Of a DNA stretch of 64,000 bases, positions 29,933 through 38,884 are shown piece after piece (positions within the stretch are counted from its first letter, which is position 1; each line of letters starts with the position of its first letter). The notes below the pieces were generated by a model. It was not told where the DNA came from and did no database searches. It saw only the letters and a program-made list of their open reading frames with translations. The stretch comes from Candidatus Aminicenantes bacterium (GTDB lineage: Bacteria > Acidobacteriota > Aminicenantia > Aminicenantales > Saccharicenantaceae): NCBI GenBank assembly GCA_963843505.1, contig CAWJKR010000013.1, positions 146,350 to 210,349 on the forward strand. Reading direction: 5' to 3'. The position numbers and the translations under genes were made by a program.

Positions 29933-32900
29933 ATGGCGAGAACTTCAAGGGTCCCGAACCGGAATCTCACGACCTCAATATCCTTCATCCTGATATTCGC
30001 CGCCTTCTTCCTGTTCGCATCGACGGGTCTGATCGCGCAGATCACGACGCGGCCGAGTAATCTCCAGTCCCGTCTGTCCCCAAGAACAACCGTCAATCTC
30101 AAAGTGTCCTTTACCTGCAGTCCCAAGGTCGCCATAGTCGGCCAACCCGTTCAATTCGTCGATACTTCGTCGGGGGCTCCGACATCTTGGATTTGGGATT
30201 TTGGCGACGGGACGACCAGCAATGCGAAGAACCCCACCCATGTCTATACGGCCCCTGGATTCCGGAGAATATCGCTCCTCGCCACGGCCGGCGCGACGAG
30301 CAGGAGAACGAACCGCACCGTCACCGTCGTGTCCGATACGTCGAGCGCGACCTTCGTTTTCAGCCCGACGACTCCCGGACCAGGACAGACGGTCCAATTC
30401 GCGGACACGACAGCGGGAACGCCGACCTCCTGGCAGTGGAGCTTTGGAGACGGGTCCACGAGCACCGTAAAGAACCCGAGCCACGCTTACGGCCGGACGG
30501 GAGCTTTTACCGTAATGTTGGTGGCCAGGAACAGCTCAGGCGAGAGACAGGGGAGCAAGGTGATCAATGTGGCCACGGTGGCCGTACTGGCCGCTTCCTT
30601 CACTCACACGCCGTCCCTCCCCATGGCCAACCAATCGATCCAGTTCACAGACATGTCGACGGGTTCTCCGACCGCGTGGCTCTGGGATTTTGGAGATGGC
30701 GGGACGAGCTCCGCCCAGCATCCCCTCCATACCTACGCGACGGCCGGATCTAAGAGCGTGACGCTGACCGTCACCAACAGCACCGGATCGAACTCGACGA
30801 CCCGGGCCATTTCAATCGGAACGCCGCTGGCGGCCTCATTCAGCTATAGCCCGACTTCCCCGACGGTCGGTCGCTCCATGCAATTCACGGACACCTCGGT
30901 CGGCTCGCCCACCTCCTGGCTGTGGAATTTCGGCGACGGAGGAACCAGCAGCCTTCAGAATCCCCTCCACACCTATACGACCGCCGGTTCGAAGTCGGTG
31001 ACGCTGACTGTCACCAACAGCGGCGGATCGAACGCGATAAGTCGAACGGTCACCGTTGGGGCCGCCCTCGCGGCGTCTTTCAGCTATAGCCCTGCCTCGC
31101 CGACGGCAGGCCAATCCGTGCAATTCACGGACACCTCGGTCGGCTCTCCCACCTCCTGGCTCTGGAATTTTGGAGATGGCGGAACGAGTACGGCACAGAA
31201 TCCGAGTCATACATACGCGACGTCCGGATCGAAGACGGTGACATTGACGGTAACCGGGGCTTCCGACTCCAACAGCGCGAGCCAGACGGTGACGGTGGGG
31301 GCGGCGCTGGCGGCCTCGTTCGGTTTCAGCCCGGCCTCTCCCGCGGTGGATCAGTCGGTACAGTTCACGGACACGTCGACCGGCGCGCCGACCTCGCGGT
31401 CATGGAACTTCGGGGACGGGGCGACCTCGACGGCCCAGAACCCCAGCCACAGCTACGCGACGGCCGGGGCCAAGACCGTGACCCTGACGGTCACGAACGC
31501 CTCGGGCTCGAACAGCACGAGCCGGACGGTGACGGTGGGGGCGGCGCTGGCCGCCTCGTTCAGCTTCAGCCCGGCCTCTCCCACGGTGGATCAATCGGTG
31601 CAGTTCACGGACACGTCGACCGGCGCGCCGACCTCGCGGTCATGGAACTTCGGGGACGGGGCGACCTCGACGGCCCAGAACCCCAGCCACAGCTACGCGA
31701 CGGCCGGGGCCAAGACCGTGACCCTGACTGTCACGAACGCCTCGGGCTCGAACAGCACGAGCCGGACGGTGACGGTGGGGGCGGCGCTGACCGCCTCGTT
31801 CAGCTTCAGCCCGGCCTCTCCCACGGTGGATCAATCGGTGCAGTTCACGGACACGTCGACCGGCGCGCCGACCTCGCGGTCGTGGAACTTCGGGGACGGG
31901 GCGACCTCGACGGCCCAGAACCCCAGCCACAGCTACGCGACGGCCGGGGCCAAGACCGTGACCCTGACGGTCACGAACGCCTCGGGCTCGAACAGCACGA
32001 GCCGGACGGTGACGGTGGGGGCGGCGCTGGCCGCCTCGTTCAGCTTCAGCCCGGCCTCTCCCACGGTGGATCAATCGGTGCAGTTCACGGACACGTCGAC
32101 CGGCGCGCCGACCTCGCGGTCATGGAACTTCGGGGACGGGGCGACCTCGACGGCCCAGAACCCGAGCCACAGCTACGCGACGGCCGGGGCCAAGACCGTG
32201 ACCCTGACGGTCACGAACGCCTCGGGCTCGAACAGCACGAGCCGGACGGTCACGGTTTCGCCGTCGACCATCATCTCGTCGTCGTTCTCCTTCAGCCCGT
32301 CCGCGCCGGCCCCGGGGCAGACGGTGCAGTTCACGGACACCTCCACAGGGACCCCGACCTCGTGGCAGTGGGACTTCGGCGACGGATCATCGAGCACGTC
32401 CCAAAATCCCAGCCACGCTTTTTCGACCGAGGGCTCCTACACCGTGATGCTGATCGCGAGCAATGCGTCCGGTTCGGACACGGTCAGCCGGACGGTGACC
32501 GTGGCGACGACGACCGAGATCCTGCCGGACGACAGGATTTATGATTGGACCACCACCGGCATCCCCGGGGGTATCCCCAGCCGGACGACCATTTTCAGGA
32601 CCCTGGCGCCTTCCAATAGCCTGTCCGAGATCAACGCCGCTATCGCCGCCTGTCCGTCCGGCCAGGTCGTCTTCCTGTCCGCCGGGACCTATAACATCAG
32701 CGGCATCGGCCGGAAGTCCGGCGTCACGGTGCGCGGGGCCGGGGCCGGCCAGACGATCATCAACTCCGGCGGATCGACGGCGTTCTCTTCCACGGGCGGG
32801 TCGTTCAACTACGACGGCGGACATCAGGCCATCGCCAACGGGACATGGCTGCAGAAGGGATCGACGAACATCACCCTGACATCCACCCCCGGAAGCCAGT

Positions 32901-34123
32901 TCGCCGTCGGACGGCTCATCATGATCAATCAGAACGACGATCATATATTGGTCTTCCCCCGCACCGGGAATTGGGCGGGCACGAGAAACCTCCGTCATGT
33001 TTCCCGCATCACCGCGATCTCCGGGAACACCATCACGTTCGCGACCCCGCTCCCCTACACGTTCGTCAACGCGCAGAGCCCCGGCGCCCAGGCCATCTCC
33101 GCGAACGACTCCCAGTTCGGCATCGAGGACATGACCATCGACGCCGGATCGTGCGTCCGCTTCCAGGGATCTGACCGGTGCTGGATCAAGGGCTGCGAGC
33201 TCCGGGGGTTCGACAATGAAGCCGTCTTCATGAGAGACAGCCACCAGCTCGAGATCCGGCGGTGCTACATCCACGACGCCGAGGGCTTCCCCAACCAGAG
33301 CGACGGCTACGGGGTCTATTCCCAGTACGCCGTCTCCAACATCCTCGTCGAGGATTGTATCGGCACCCGCATGTCGTACATGACGGTCATGAACGGGAAC
33401 GACTCGAGCGCATTCCTCTACAACTTCATCTGGGGCATGGGTCGCGCCGGCTTCGCCTGGCAGAATCCCGGATTCAACTGCAACCACGGCCCGCACAGCA
33501 TCATGAACCTCTGGGAAGGGAACAAGACGGAGCGGTGGCAGAACGACGCCTACCACGGATCGGCTTCGCACCAGACGCTTTTCCGCAACCATATCCACGG
33601 CAAGCACCCGTCCTACACGCTCGACCGGCGCATCATGGACTTCGGGCGCACGAGCTACTACTACAATGCGGTCGGCAATGTCGTCGGTGACTCGTCGTGG
33701 AACCCGACCTACTATCAGGCCTCGAAACAGACGGGGACGGGATATTTCACGGGCGGATTGGACCGTTCGCAGGGCTATCTGTGGGTCCTGGGCTACCCCA
33801 ACATGGGGAGCGGGAGCCTGAGCGAGGAGACGTCATTGACAGGCTTCACCCCGCCGGGCGGATCGTACCCCGACTCGAAGGTCCTGACGACGCTGATCCG
33901 GCACGGCAACTACGACTACTACAATAAGGCCACGATATGGGACAGCGGGATCTCTTCGCACGCGCTTCCCGAAAGCCTGAAGTATTCATCCAAGCCCAGC
34001 TACTTCGGCGCCGCCCAGTGGCCTCCGATCGGTCCCGACGTCAGCGGACTGGTCACGGCCATCCCGTCCGAAGCCCGGTGGAACGCCTACCTGAGCTCGG
34101 GCCGAGTGAGCGACCTCTTCTAG
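29933..34123 (+). CDS. Large secreted protein: signal anchor, 10 PKD domains and a C-terminal right-handed beta-helix catalytic-type domain
   Basis: Intact 1396-aa ORF. N-terminus LTTSISFILIFAAFFLFASTGLIA. Ten ~80-aa modules carry the PKD signature (VQFTDTS.G.PTSW.W.FGDG.TS...NPSH.Y...G...VTLTV.N). The C-terminal ~550 aa are paralogous to 27918..29771. Confidence 0.85.
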   Translation: MARTSRVPNRNLTTSISFILIFAAFFLFASTGLIAQITTRPSNLQSRLSPRTTVNLKVSFTCSPKVAIVGQPVQFVDTSSGAPTSWIWDFGDGTTSNAKNPTHVYTAPGFRRISLLATAGATSRRTNRTVTVVSDTSSATFVFSPTTPGPGQTVQFADTTAGTPTSWQWSFGDGSTSTVKNPSHAYGRTGAFTVMLVARNSSGERQGSKVINVATVAVLAASFTHTPSLPMANQSIQFTDMSTGSPTAWLWDFGDGGTSSAQHPLHTYATAGSKSVTLTVTNSTGSNSTTRAISIGTPLAASFSYSPTSPTVGRSMQFTDTSVGSPTSWLWNFGDGGTSSLQNPLHTYTTAGSKSVTLTVTNSGGSNAISRTVTVGAALAASFSYSPASPTAGQSVQFTDTSVGSPTSWLWNFGDGGTSTAQNPSHTYATSGSKTVTLTVTGASDSNSASQTVTVGAALAASFGFSPASPAVDQSVQFTDTSTGAPTSRSWNFGDGATSTAQNPSHSYATAGAKTVTLTVTNASGSNSTSRTVTVGAALAASFSFSPASPTVDQSVQFTDTSTGAPTSRSWNFGDGATSTAQNPSHSYATAGAKTVTLTVTNASGSNSTSRTVTVGAALTASFSFSPASPTVDQSVQFTDTSTGAPTSRSWNFGDGATSTAQNPSHSYATAGAKTVTLTVTNASGSNSTSRTVTVGAALAASFSFSPASPTVDQSVQFTDTSTGAPTSRSWNFGDGATSTAQNPSHSYATAGAKTVTLTVTNASGSNSTSRTVTVSPSTIISSSFSFSPSAPAPGQTVQFTDTSTGTPTSWQWDFGDGSSSTSQNPSHAFSTEGSYTVMLIASNASGSDTVSRTVTVATTTEILPDDRIYDWTTTGIPGGIPSRTTIFRTLAPSNSLSEINAAIAACPSGQVVFLSAGTYNISGIGRKSGVTVRGAGAGQTIINSGGSTAFSSTGGSFNYDGGHQAIANGTWLQKGSTNITLTSTPGSQFAVGRLIMINQNDDHILVFPRTGNWAGTRNLRHVSRITAISGNTITFATPLPYTFVNAQSPGAQAISANDSQFGIEDMTIDAGSCVRFQGSDRCWIKGCELRGFDNEAVFMRDSHQLEIRRCYIHDAEGFPNQSDGYGVYSQYAVSNILVEDCIGTRMSYMTVMNGNDSSAFLYNFIWGMGRAGFAWQNPGFNCNHGPHSIMNLWEGNKTERWQNDAYHGSASHQTLFRNHIHGKHPSYTLDRRIMDFGRTSYYYNAVGNVVGDSSWNPTYYQASKQTGTGYFTGGLDRSQGYLWVLGYPNMGSGSLSEETSLTGFTPPGGSYPDSKVLTTLIRHGNYDYYNKATIWDSGISSHALPESLKYSSKPSYFGAAQWPPIGPDVSGLVTAIPSEARWNAYLSSGRVSDLF
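30101..32500 (+). repeat. Coding tandem array, 240-bp period x 10 (PKD modules)
   Basis: Module starts were read at about 30101, 30341, 30581, 30821, 31061, 31301, 31541, 31781, 32021 and 32261. The outer modules are diverged. Confidence 0.85.
31301..32260 (+). repeat. Core of 4 near-identical 240-bp repeats
   Basis: Copies at 31301, 31541, 31781 and 32021 differ at only about 1-7 positions per 240 bp by eye. Most differences are synonymous (gtcatgg vs gtcgtgg, ctgacg vs ctgact, aaccccagc vs aacccgagc). Confidence 0.9.
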
Positions 34124-34148
34124 TTCCGCTAGATGGGGTGAAATCAGG

Positions 34149-34178
34149 GGCCTGCCGGCGCCGCGGGCGCCGCAGGCC
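34149..34178. terminator. GC-rich hairpin between convergent genes (possible bidirectional terminator)
   Basis: GGCCTGCCGGCGCC...GGCGCCGCAGGCC, about 13 bp with one bulge. It lies between the stops at 34123 (+) and 34206 (-). No clear U tracts. Confidence 0.3.
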
Positions 34179-34205
34179 GCCCGGTCGGAGGGCGGCGAAG
34201 GCCGA

Positions 34206-35777
34206 CTACATCAGCTTGCGCTTGAGGATCTTGCCGGATTCGTTCTTGGGCAGGGAATCCCGGATCTCGTAGAGCTTCGGGATCTTGTACACCGCCAGCC
34301 GTTGCTGCAGGAACGCCGGCAGCTCCTCCGAGTGATCTCTCGGAAAACCCCGGCCTGACGACGATGAAGGCTTTCGGGGCCTCCCCCAGGACATCATCCG
34401 CTACGCCGACGACGGCGACTTCGATGACCGCCGGGTGTTCGTGGAGCGCCTCCTCGATCTCCTTGGCGCTGACCCGGTTCCCGCCGATCTTGATCATGTC
34501 CTTGCTCCGGCCGACGACATACAGATAACCTTCGTCGTCCATCCGGCCGATGTCCCCGGTGAAGTAGAAGCCGTTCTTAAGGACCTTTTCCGTCTCCTCG
34601 GGGTGGTTCCAGTACCCGGACATGATGTTGGAGCCGCGGGCGACGATCTCGCCTTCCCGCCCCGCGGGCAGGGGAGTCCCTCGTTCGTCGGCCACGAACA
34701 GCTCGACGTTGGCGATGGCCTTCCCGATCGATCCCCATTTGCGGGGAAGATCGTCGGGATGGAGATAGGACAATCGGGCCGAGGCTTCGGTCGCGCCGTA
34801 CATGACGAAGAGCTTGGCCGGGGCGAAGGCCTCGGCGACCTCCTTCTGGACGGAGGGGGCCAGGGCCCCGCCGGCCTGGGTCACATACCGGAGCCGGGGG
34901 AACTTCGACGTCCGGAGGTTGGAGCGGCCGAGAAGGATCGTGTAAGTCGACGGCACGCCGGCGAAGCCCGTGACCTCCTGTTCCCTCATGGTCTGGAGGA
35001 CGACGTTGGGATAGAGGAATCTGTTATCGATGACGACCGATCCGCCGGCGAAGAAGTGGGTGTTCAGCAGCGACTTGCCGTAGATGTAATGGAACGGCAA
35101 GACGACCAGGATCCTGTCCTCCGGCGTCAGCCCGAGATAATCGACGATCGAGCGCGTGTTGGCCACAATGTTGAGATGGGTCAGAACGACGCCGCGCGGC
35201 TTCCCCGTGCTCCCCGAGGTGTAGACGATGGAGGCGACGTCGAGGTCGATCAGTCGCGCCTCCGGGTTGACGTCGGGCCGTCCGTCCAGCGCCTCGGGAA
35301 GTCGGACCGCCGGCCGGCCCAGCAGGCTCGGGGCTTCGCCCTCCGGCCCGTTCCAGAGGAAGACGGATTCGAGCGGGCCGGGGACATCGGGCGGCGAAGG
35401 GGCCCGTCCCACTGGGCCGGACATCAGGGTCCTCGCCGCGAGCCGGTGGCCGGCGATGAGGAATCGGACGCCGCCGTCGCGGACGATATAGGCCACATCG
35501 TCGGCGGTGTTCTCCGTGTTCAACGCCACGGTCGTCCCCCCGGCCTTGAGAATGGCGTAGTAGGAGACGACGTATTCGGCGGAATTCTCGATGAAGAGGG
35601 CCACCCGGTCGCCCTTCTTCAGGCCCCGGTCGAGGAGGAGATGGGCCAGCCGGTTGGCCCGGGCGTTCAGCTCGCCGTAAGGTATGCCAGCTCCCGCCGA
35701 GCGAAGAGGGCCAACTTGTCCGGGAACCGGACCGCCGAATCCTCGAGGAAGCTGTGGACGAATTTCGTATGGCCCAT
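34206..35777 (-). CDS. AMP-dependent synthetase/ligase (adenylating enzyme, DltA/acyl-ACP-ligase-like), frameshifted
   Basis: ORF 34144..35889 contains IVYTSGSTGKPRGVVLTH, YGATEA, GYWNHPEETEK and YFTGDIGRMDDEGYLYVVGRSKDMIKIGGNRVSAKEIE. The C-terminus is in 34206..34397 (LAVYKIPKLYEIRDSLPKNESGKILKRKLM*). ATG at 35777 gives MGHTKFVHSFLEDSAVRFPDKLALFA. Two frame changes. Confidence 0.85.
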
Positions 35778-35799
35778 GGTCTCTTCCTGAGGAGACTCG

Positions 35800-36780
35800 C
35801 GCGCGTCCTAGCCGAGGTGCTTGCGGCTCCGCTCTCAAGTACTCGGTCGCCTTGATCTTCCGCTTGATGTCGTTCTGGATGTTGAGCACCTGGTCCTCGC
35901 CGAGACCGAGCTCTTCGGCGACCTCCGCCGACGGGAACGCCCTTTTCCATGGCGTACCAGACGAGGTCTCCGATCTCGAACGGGACCCGGAAGAAGAACT
36001 CCTCCTGGGTGCATTCGGCGCTGTAGGTGTCGGTCGTCGGCGTGCGCTCCCGGATCTCCTGCGGCACGCCGAGGTAGGCGGCCAGCTGGAAGACCTGCGT
36101 CTTGAAGAGGTGGGCGATGGGCTTGATATCGGCGCCCGCCGTCCCCGTACTTGACGAAGAAACCCTGCTCGTGCTCGTTCTTGTTGCCCGTCCCGATGAC
36201 GGCGTAGTTGAGACGGTCGGCGTGATAGTAGAGCATGGACATGCGGCTGCGCTGCTTGAAGTTGGAGGCGGCCACGATCTGGAGGTATTCCTTGAGCGGG
36301 ATCCTGCTCGGTCTTCTCCTCCCCTTCGGGCGAGATGATCGTCAGCTGGAAGACATTCAGGCTGGTCCTTGTCCCCCAGGGCCGACGGCAGGACGATCTT
36401 CGCCCGGTAGGTGGCGTCGTATTCGGGAAAGACGTTCTTCATGGCTTCGTCCCGGCGCCGGTAGGTCCCGAAACCGGCCAGGGCCGCGGTCATGTCTTCG
36501 ACGATGTAGGGGACGCCGAACGTGCCGGGCCAGCTTTCTGGCCAGGACCGCGCTGAGGGGATTGGAATCGGATTCGGGCATGGTGATGCCCAGCACCCGT
36601 TCCGGCCCAAAGGCCTTGGCGCTCAGAGCGAGGCAGACGCTCGAATCGATCCCGCCGCTGATGCCGATGACGCCGCCGCGCTTGTGGAGCTCCTGCCCCA
36701 CGACGCGCACGCATGGCGATGACGATGCGTTCGGCCTCGGCGGCCGCGTCGATCCGTATGTCGTTCTTAGAAAAGGACAT
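35800..36780 (-). CDS. NAD synthetase (NadE)-like PP-loop ATP pyrophosphatase, paralog 1, heavily frameshifted
   Basis: MSFSKNDIRIDAAAEAERIVIA (ATG 36780). Other fragments: LHKRGGVIGISGGIDSSVCLALSAKAFGPERVLGITMPE, FKQRSRMSMLYYHADRLNYAVIGTGNKNEHEQGFFVKYGDGGADIKPIAHLFKTQVFQLAAYLGVPQEIRERTPTTDTY, VLNIQNDIKRKIKATEYLR. The 3' end is approximate. Confidence 0.7.
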
Positions 36781-36861
36781 CTGACTCTCCCTGTCGGAAT
36801 CTGACCCGATCCCCGTCGCCGGGTCCCAAGACATTTCAATATATCAAAAGGGCGAGGACAG

Positions 36862-37704
36862 TCAATGGCTCTCAGGCTTTGAGCCCTTGAGGCCCGCCAG
36901 GGTCCGCAAGAGCTCGATGGCGACGACCTGCCGTCCCAGCGAGTTCAGATGGCCGCCGTCGTCCGTGTAGGCGGAACGCAGCAACTCGTAGTCCTTCCCC
37001 TTCTCCTTGAACGTGGCCTTCTTCGTCTCGTCGATGCGGGATTCGACCGCGGCCAGGTCGAAGAGAGAATCCCCGAAGCGGGCCCTCAGCTTGTCGTTGA
37101 AGAGGTTCCTTTTCACATTGTCTTCTTCATGCCAGGGCAGCCTTCCCAGGAGCTTCTTCAGCCGGGTCAGGAATCCCATCGGCCTCGACAACAGCGGGAC
37201 GGTGAAAGTGACGATCGTCAGGTCCGGAAAACGTCTCTCCAGGTCCTCGACGAGCTCGACGTAGGCGTTGAAGACCGCGTCGATGTCTGTCTCATGGTCG
37301 AAGTCGACGAAACAGAACTTGAGGAAAGCGATGTCCGCCTTCTCGCCGACCCCGCCGTTCAGGATCTCCCGGAACGCTTCGATCTTCGAAAGCGGGGCCT
37401 TGTTCCTCCCGACGGCGGCGTGGGCGAACACCGGGCCCGAGAGGTCCGCCGGATCGGCGGTCTCGCGAATATTCAGCTTGATCCCGGGCCTCCGGGCCAT
37501 GACCTCGGCGAGGCCTTCGACGATATTCGCCCCGACGGACTTATGGCCGAAGAAGATCGTCTTTTGGGACAGGGCCTCCCAGCGGTCTCCGGATATGCCG
37601 TCGAGCCGGGCATATCCGGCCTGCAGATTCTTCATGCCGGTCTCCTTGCAGGAAGCGGAGAAAAGGATGCCGAGGACGACGGCAAGACCGGGGCGGATAT
37701 TCAC
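36862..37704 (-). CDS. Lipoprotein with SGNH-like blocks, function unknown
   Basis: Intact 280-aa ORF. Lipobox VVLGILFSASC, then IFFGHKSVGANI and a C-terminal YTDDGGHLNSLG (Asp/His block). Confidence 0.5.
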   Translation of the reverse strand: MNIRPGLAVVLGILFSASCKETGMKNLQAGYARLDGISGDRWEALSQKTIFFGHKSVGANIVEGLAEVMARRPGIKLNIRETADPADLSGPVFAHAAVGRNKAPLSKIEAFREILNGGVGEKADIAFLKFCFVDFDHETDIDAVFNAYVELVEDLERRFPDLTIVTFTVPLLSRPMGFLTRLKKLLGRLPWHEEDNVKRNLFNDKLRARFGDSLFDLAAVESRIDETKKATFKEKGKDYELLRSAYTDDGGHLNSLGRQVVAIELLRTLAGLKGSKPESH

Positions 37705-37735
37705 GGCGTGTCTCCGGCGCTCACTTCCGCTTCGA

Positions 37736-38705
37736 TCATCCAGGCAGGGACGGGGGGAACCGTCTCAGGTGCTCGGTCGTATTGAACTTGCTCGCAAAGT
37801 CGCGGAAGGCCCTCTTGACCTGGTCCTCGGTCAGTTCCATGACCCGGCAGACCTCGGGGATGTCCACCTTGTTCTCCCAGGCATAGAGCAACAGGTCCAG
37901 AGTCTTGAATGGCATCCGGAAAAACCATTCCTCGTCCGTCACCGGGGCGCTGTAAGTGTCCGGGCAGGGCGCGCGCTCGAGGATCTCCGGGTATCACGCC
38001 CAGGTGTTCGGCCAGCTGGAAGACCTGGTTCTTGAAGAGGTGAGCGATCGGCTCGATGTCCACGCCGCCGTCCCCGTACTTGACAAAGAGCCCTTGGAGG
38101 GCCTCGCTCTTGTTGGTCGTCCCGCAGACCAGGTAGTTCTCCTTTTCGGCGTAGTAGTACTGGGCCATCATGCGCGTCCTGTGCTTGGTGCACGTGGCGG
38201 CGATGATCCCCTGGGCCTGATCGTTGCCGAGCCGGGTCGTTTTCACGGTCCCCTGGGGATCGATCGACCGTCAGGGTGAAGAAGTTGTACCCGTCTTTGT
38301 TCAGGATATCCGAGGGAAGGGTGATCTTCAGCTTATGGCCGTCGCCGAAATCGGGATAGATGGCCTTGGCGACGGCGTCCCGTTTCGCGTAGGTGCCGAA
38401 GGCCGTCAGGACGGGGGTGATGTCGAACGGTGAGGGCTTCGATGCCCAGTTGAGCCGCCTGCTTCTCGGCGAATTCGGCGCTCTGCGGGCTCGATTCCTT
38501 GTCCGGAAGGAGCAGGGCCAAGACCCTGTCCTTGCCGACGGCCTCTGACGGACAGCGCCGCGGACAGCGCGGAATCGACGCCGCCGCTCAAGCCGATGAC
38601 GATCCCCTTCCGATGCATGGACCGGACCTGTTCGCCGATGAAGGAGACGATCCTCGCGGTCTCGGCCGTGCGGTCGATCTTAAGGACTTCCCGGGAAAAG
38701 GCCAT
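37736..38705 (-). CDS. NAD synthetase (NadE)-like PP-loop ATP pyrophosphatase, paralog 2, frameshifted
   Basis: MAFSREVLKIDRTAETARIVSFIGEQVRSMHRKGIVIGLSGGVDSALSAAL (ATG 38705, RBS AAGGAGG). Other fragments: CTKHRTRMMAQYYYAEKENYLVCGTTNKSEALQGLFVKYGDGGVDIEPIAHLFKNQVFQLAEHLGV, and the C-terminus in 37736..37942. Confidence 0.7.
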
Positions 38706-38755
38706 GATCCGCCTCCTTGCGATCCTGTCTCCAGCCCGATGAACCAAGAGATAGC

Positions 38756-38777
38756 ATTGACCTCCGGTCAAGTCAAT
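38756..38777. promoter_or_regulatory. Nested palindrome in the divergent intergenic region (candidate operator)
   Basis: ATTGACCTCCGGTCAAGTCAAT contains TTGACC-tcc-GGTCAA nested within ATTGAC...GTCAAT. It lies between divergent starts at 38705 (-) and 38885 (+). Confidence 0.3.
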
Positions 38778-38884
38778 AGCGCCGGCCTCGGGTCCGGCCC
38801 GGAGTTCGCGGATCCGCCAGGCCGTCCGCGGGCACTGGAGGGACGGGGCGATCCGCTTGATTTGTCCGCCGATTCGCGGTAATC

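Noticed and set aside
31301-32260. Regular repeats as a possible CRISPR array or satellite
   Set aside because: The period is 240 bp with no unique spacers, and the repeats are in-frame PKD domains of an intact ORF. The repetitive ORFs 31402..32544(+) and 31640..32074(-) are merely off-frame or antisense readings of the same repeats.
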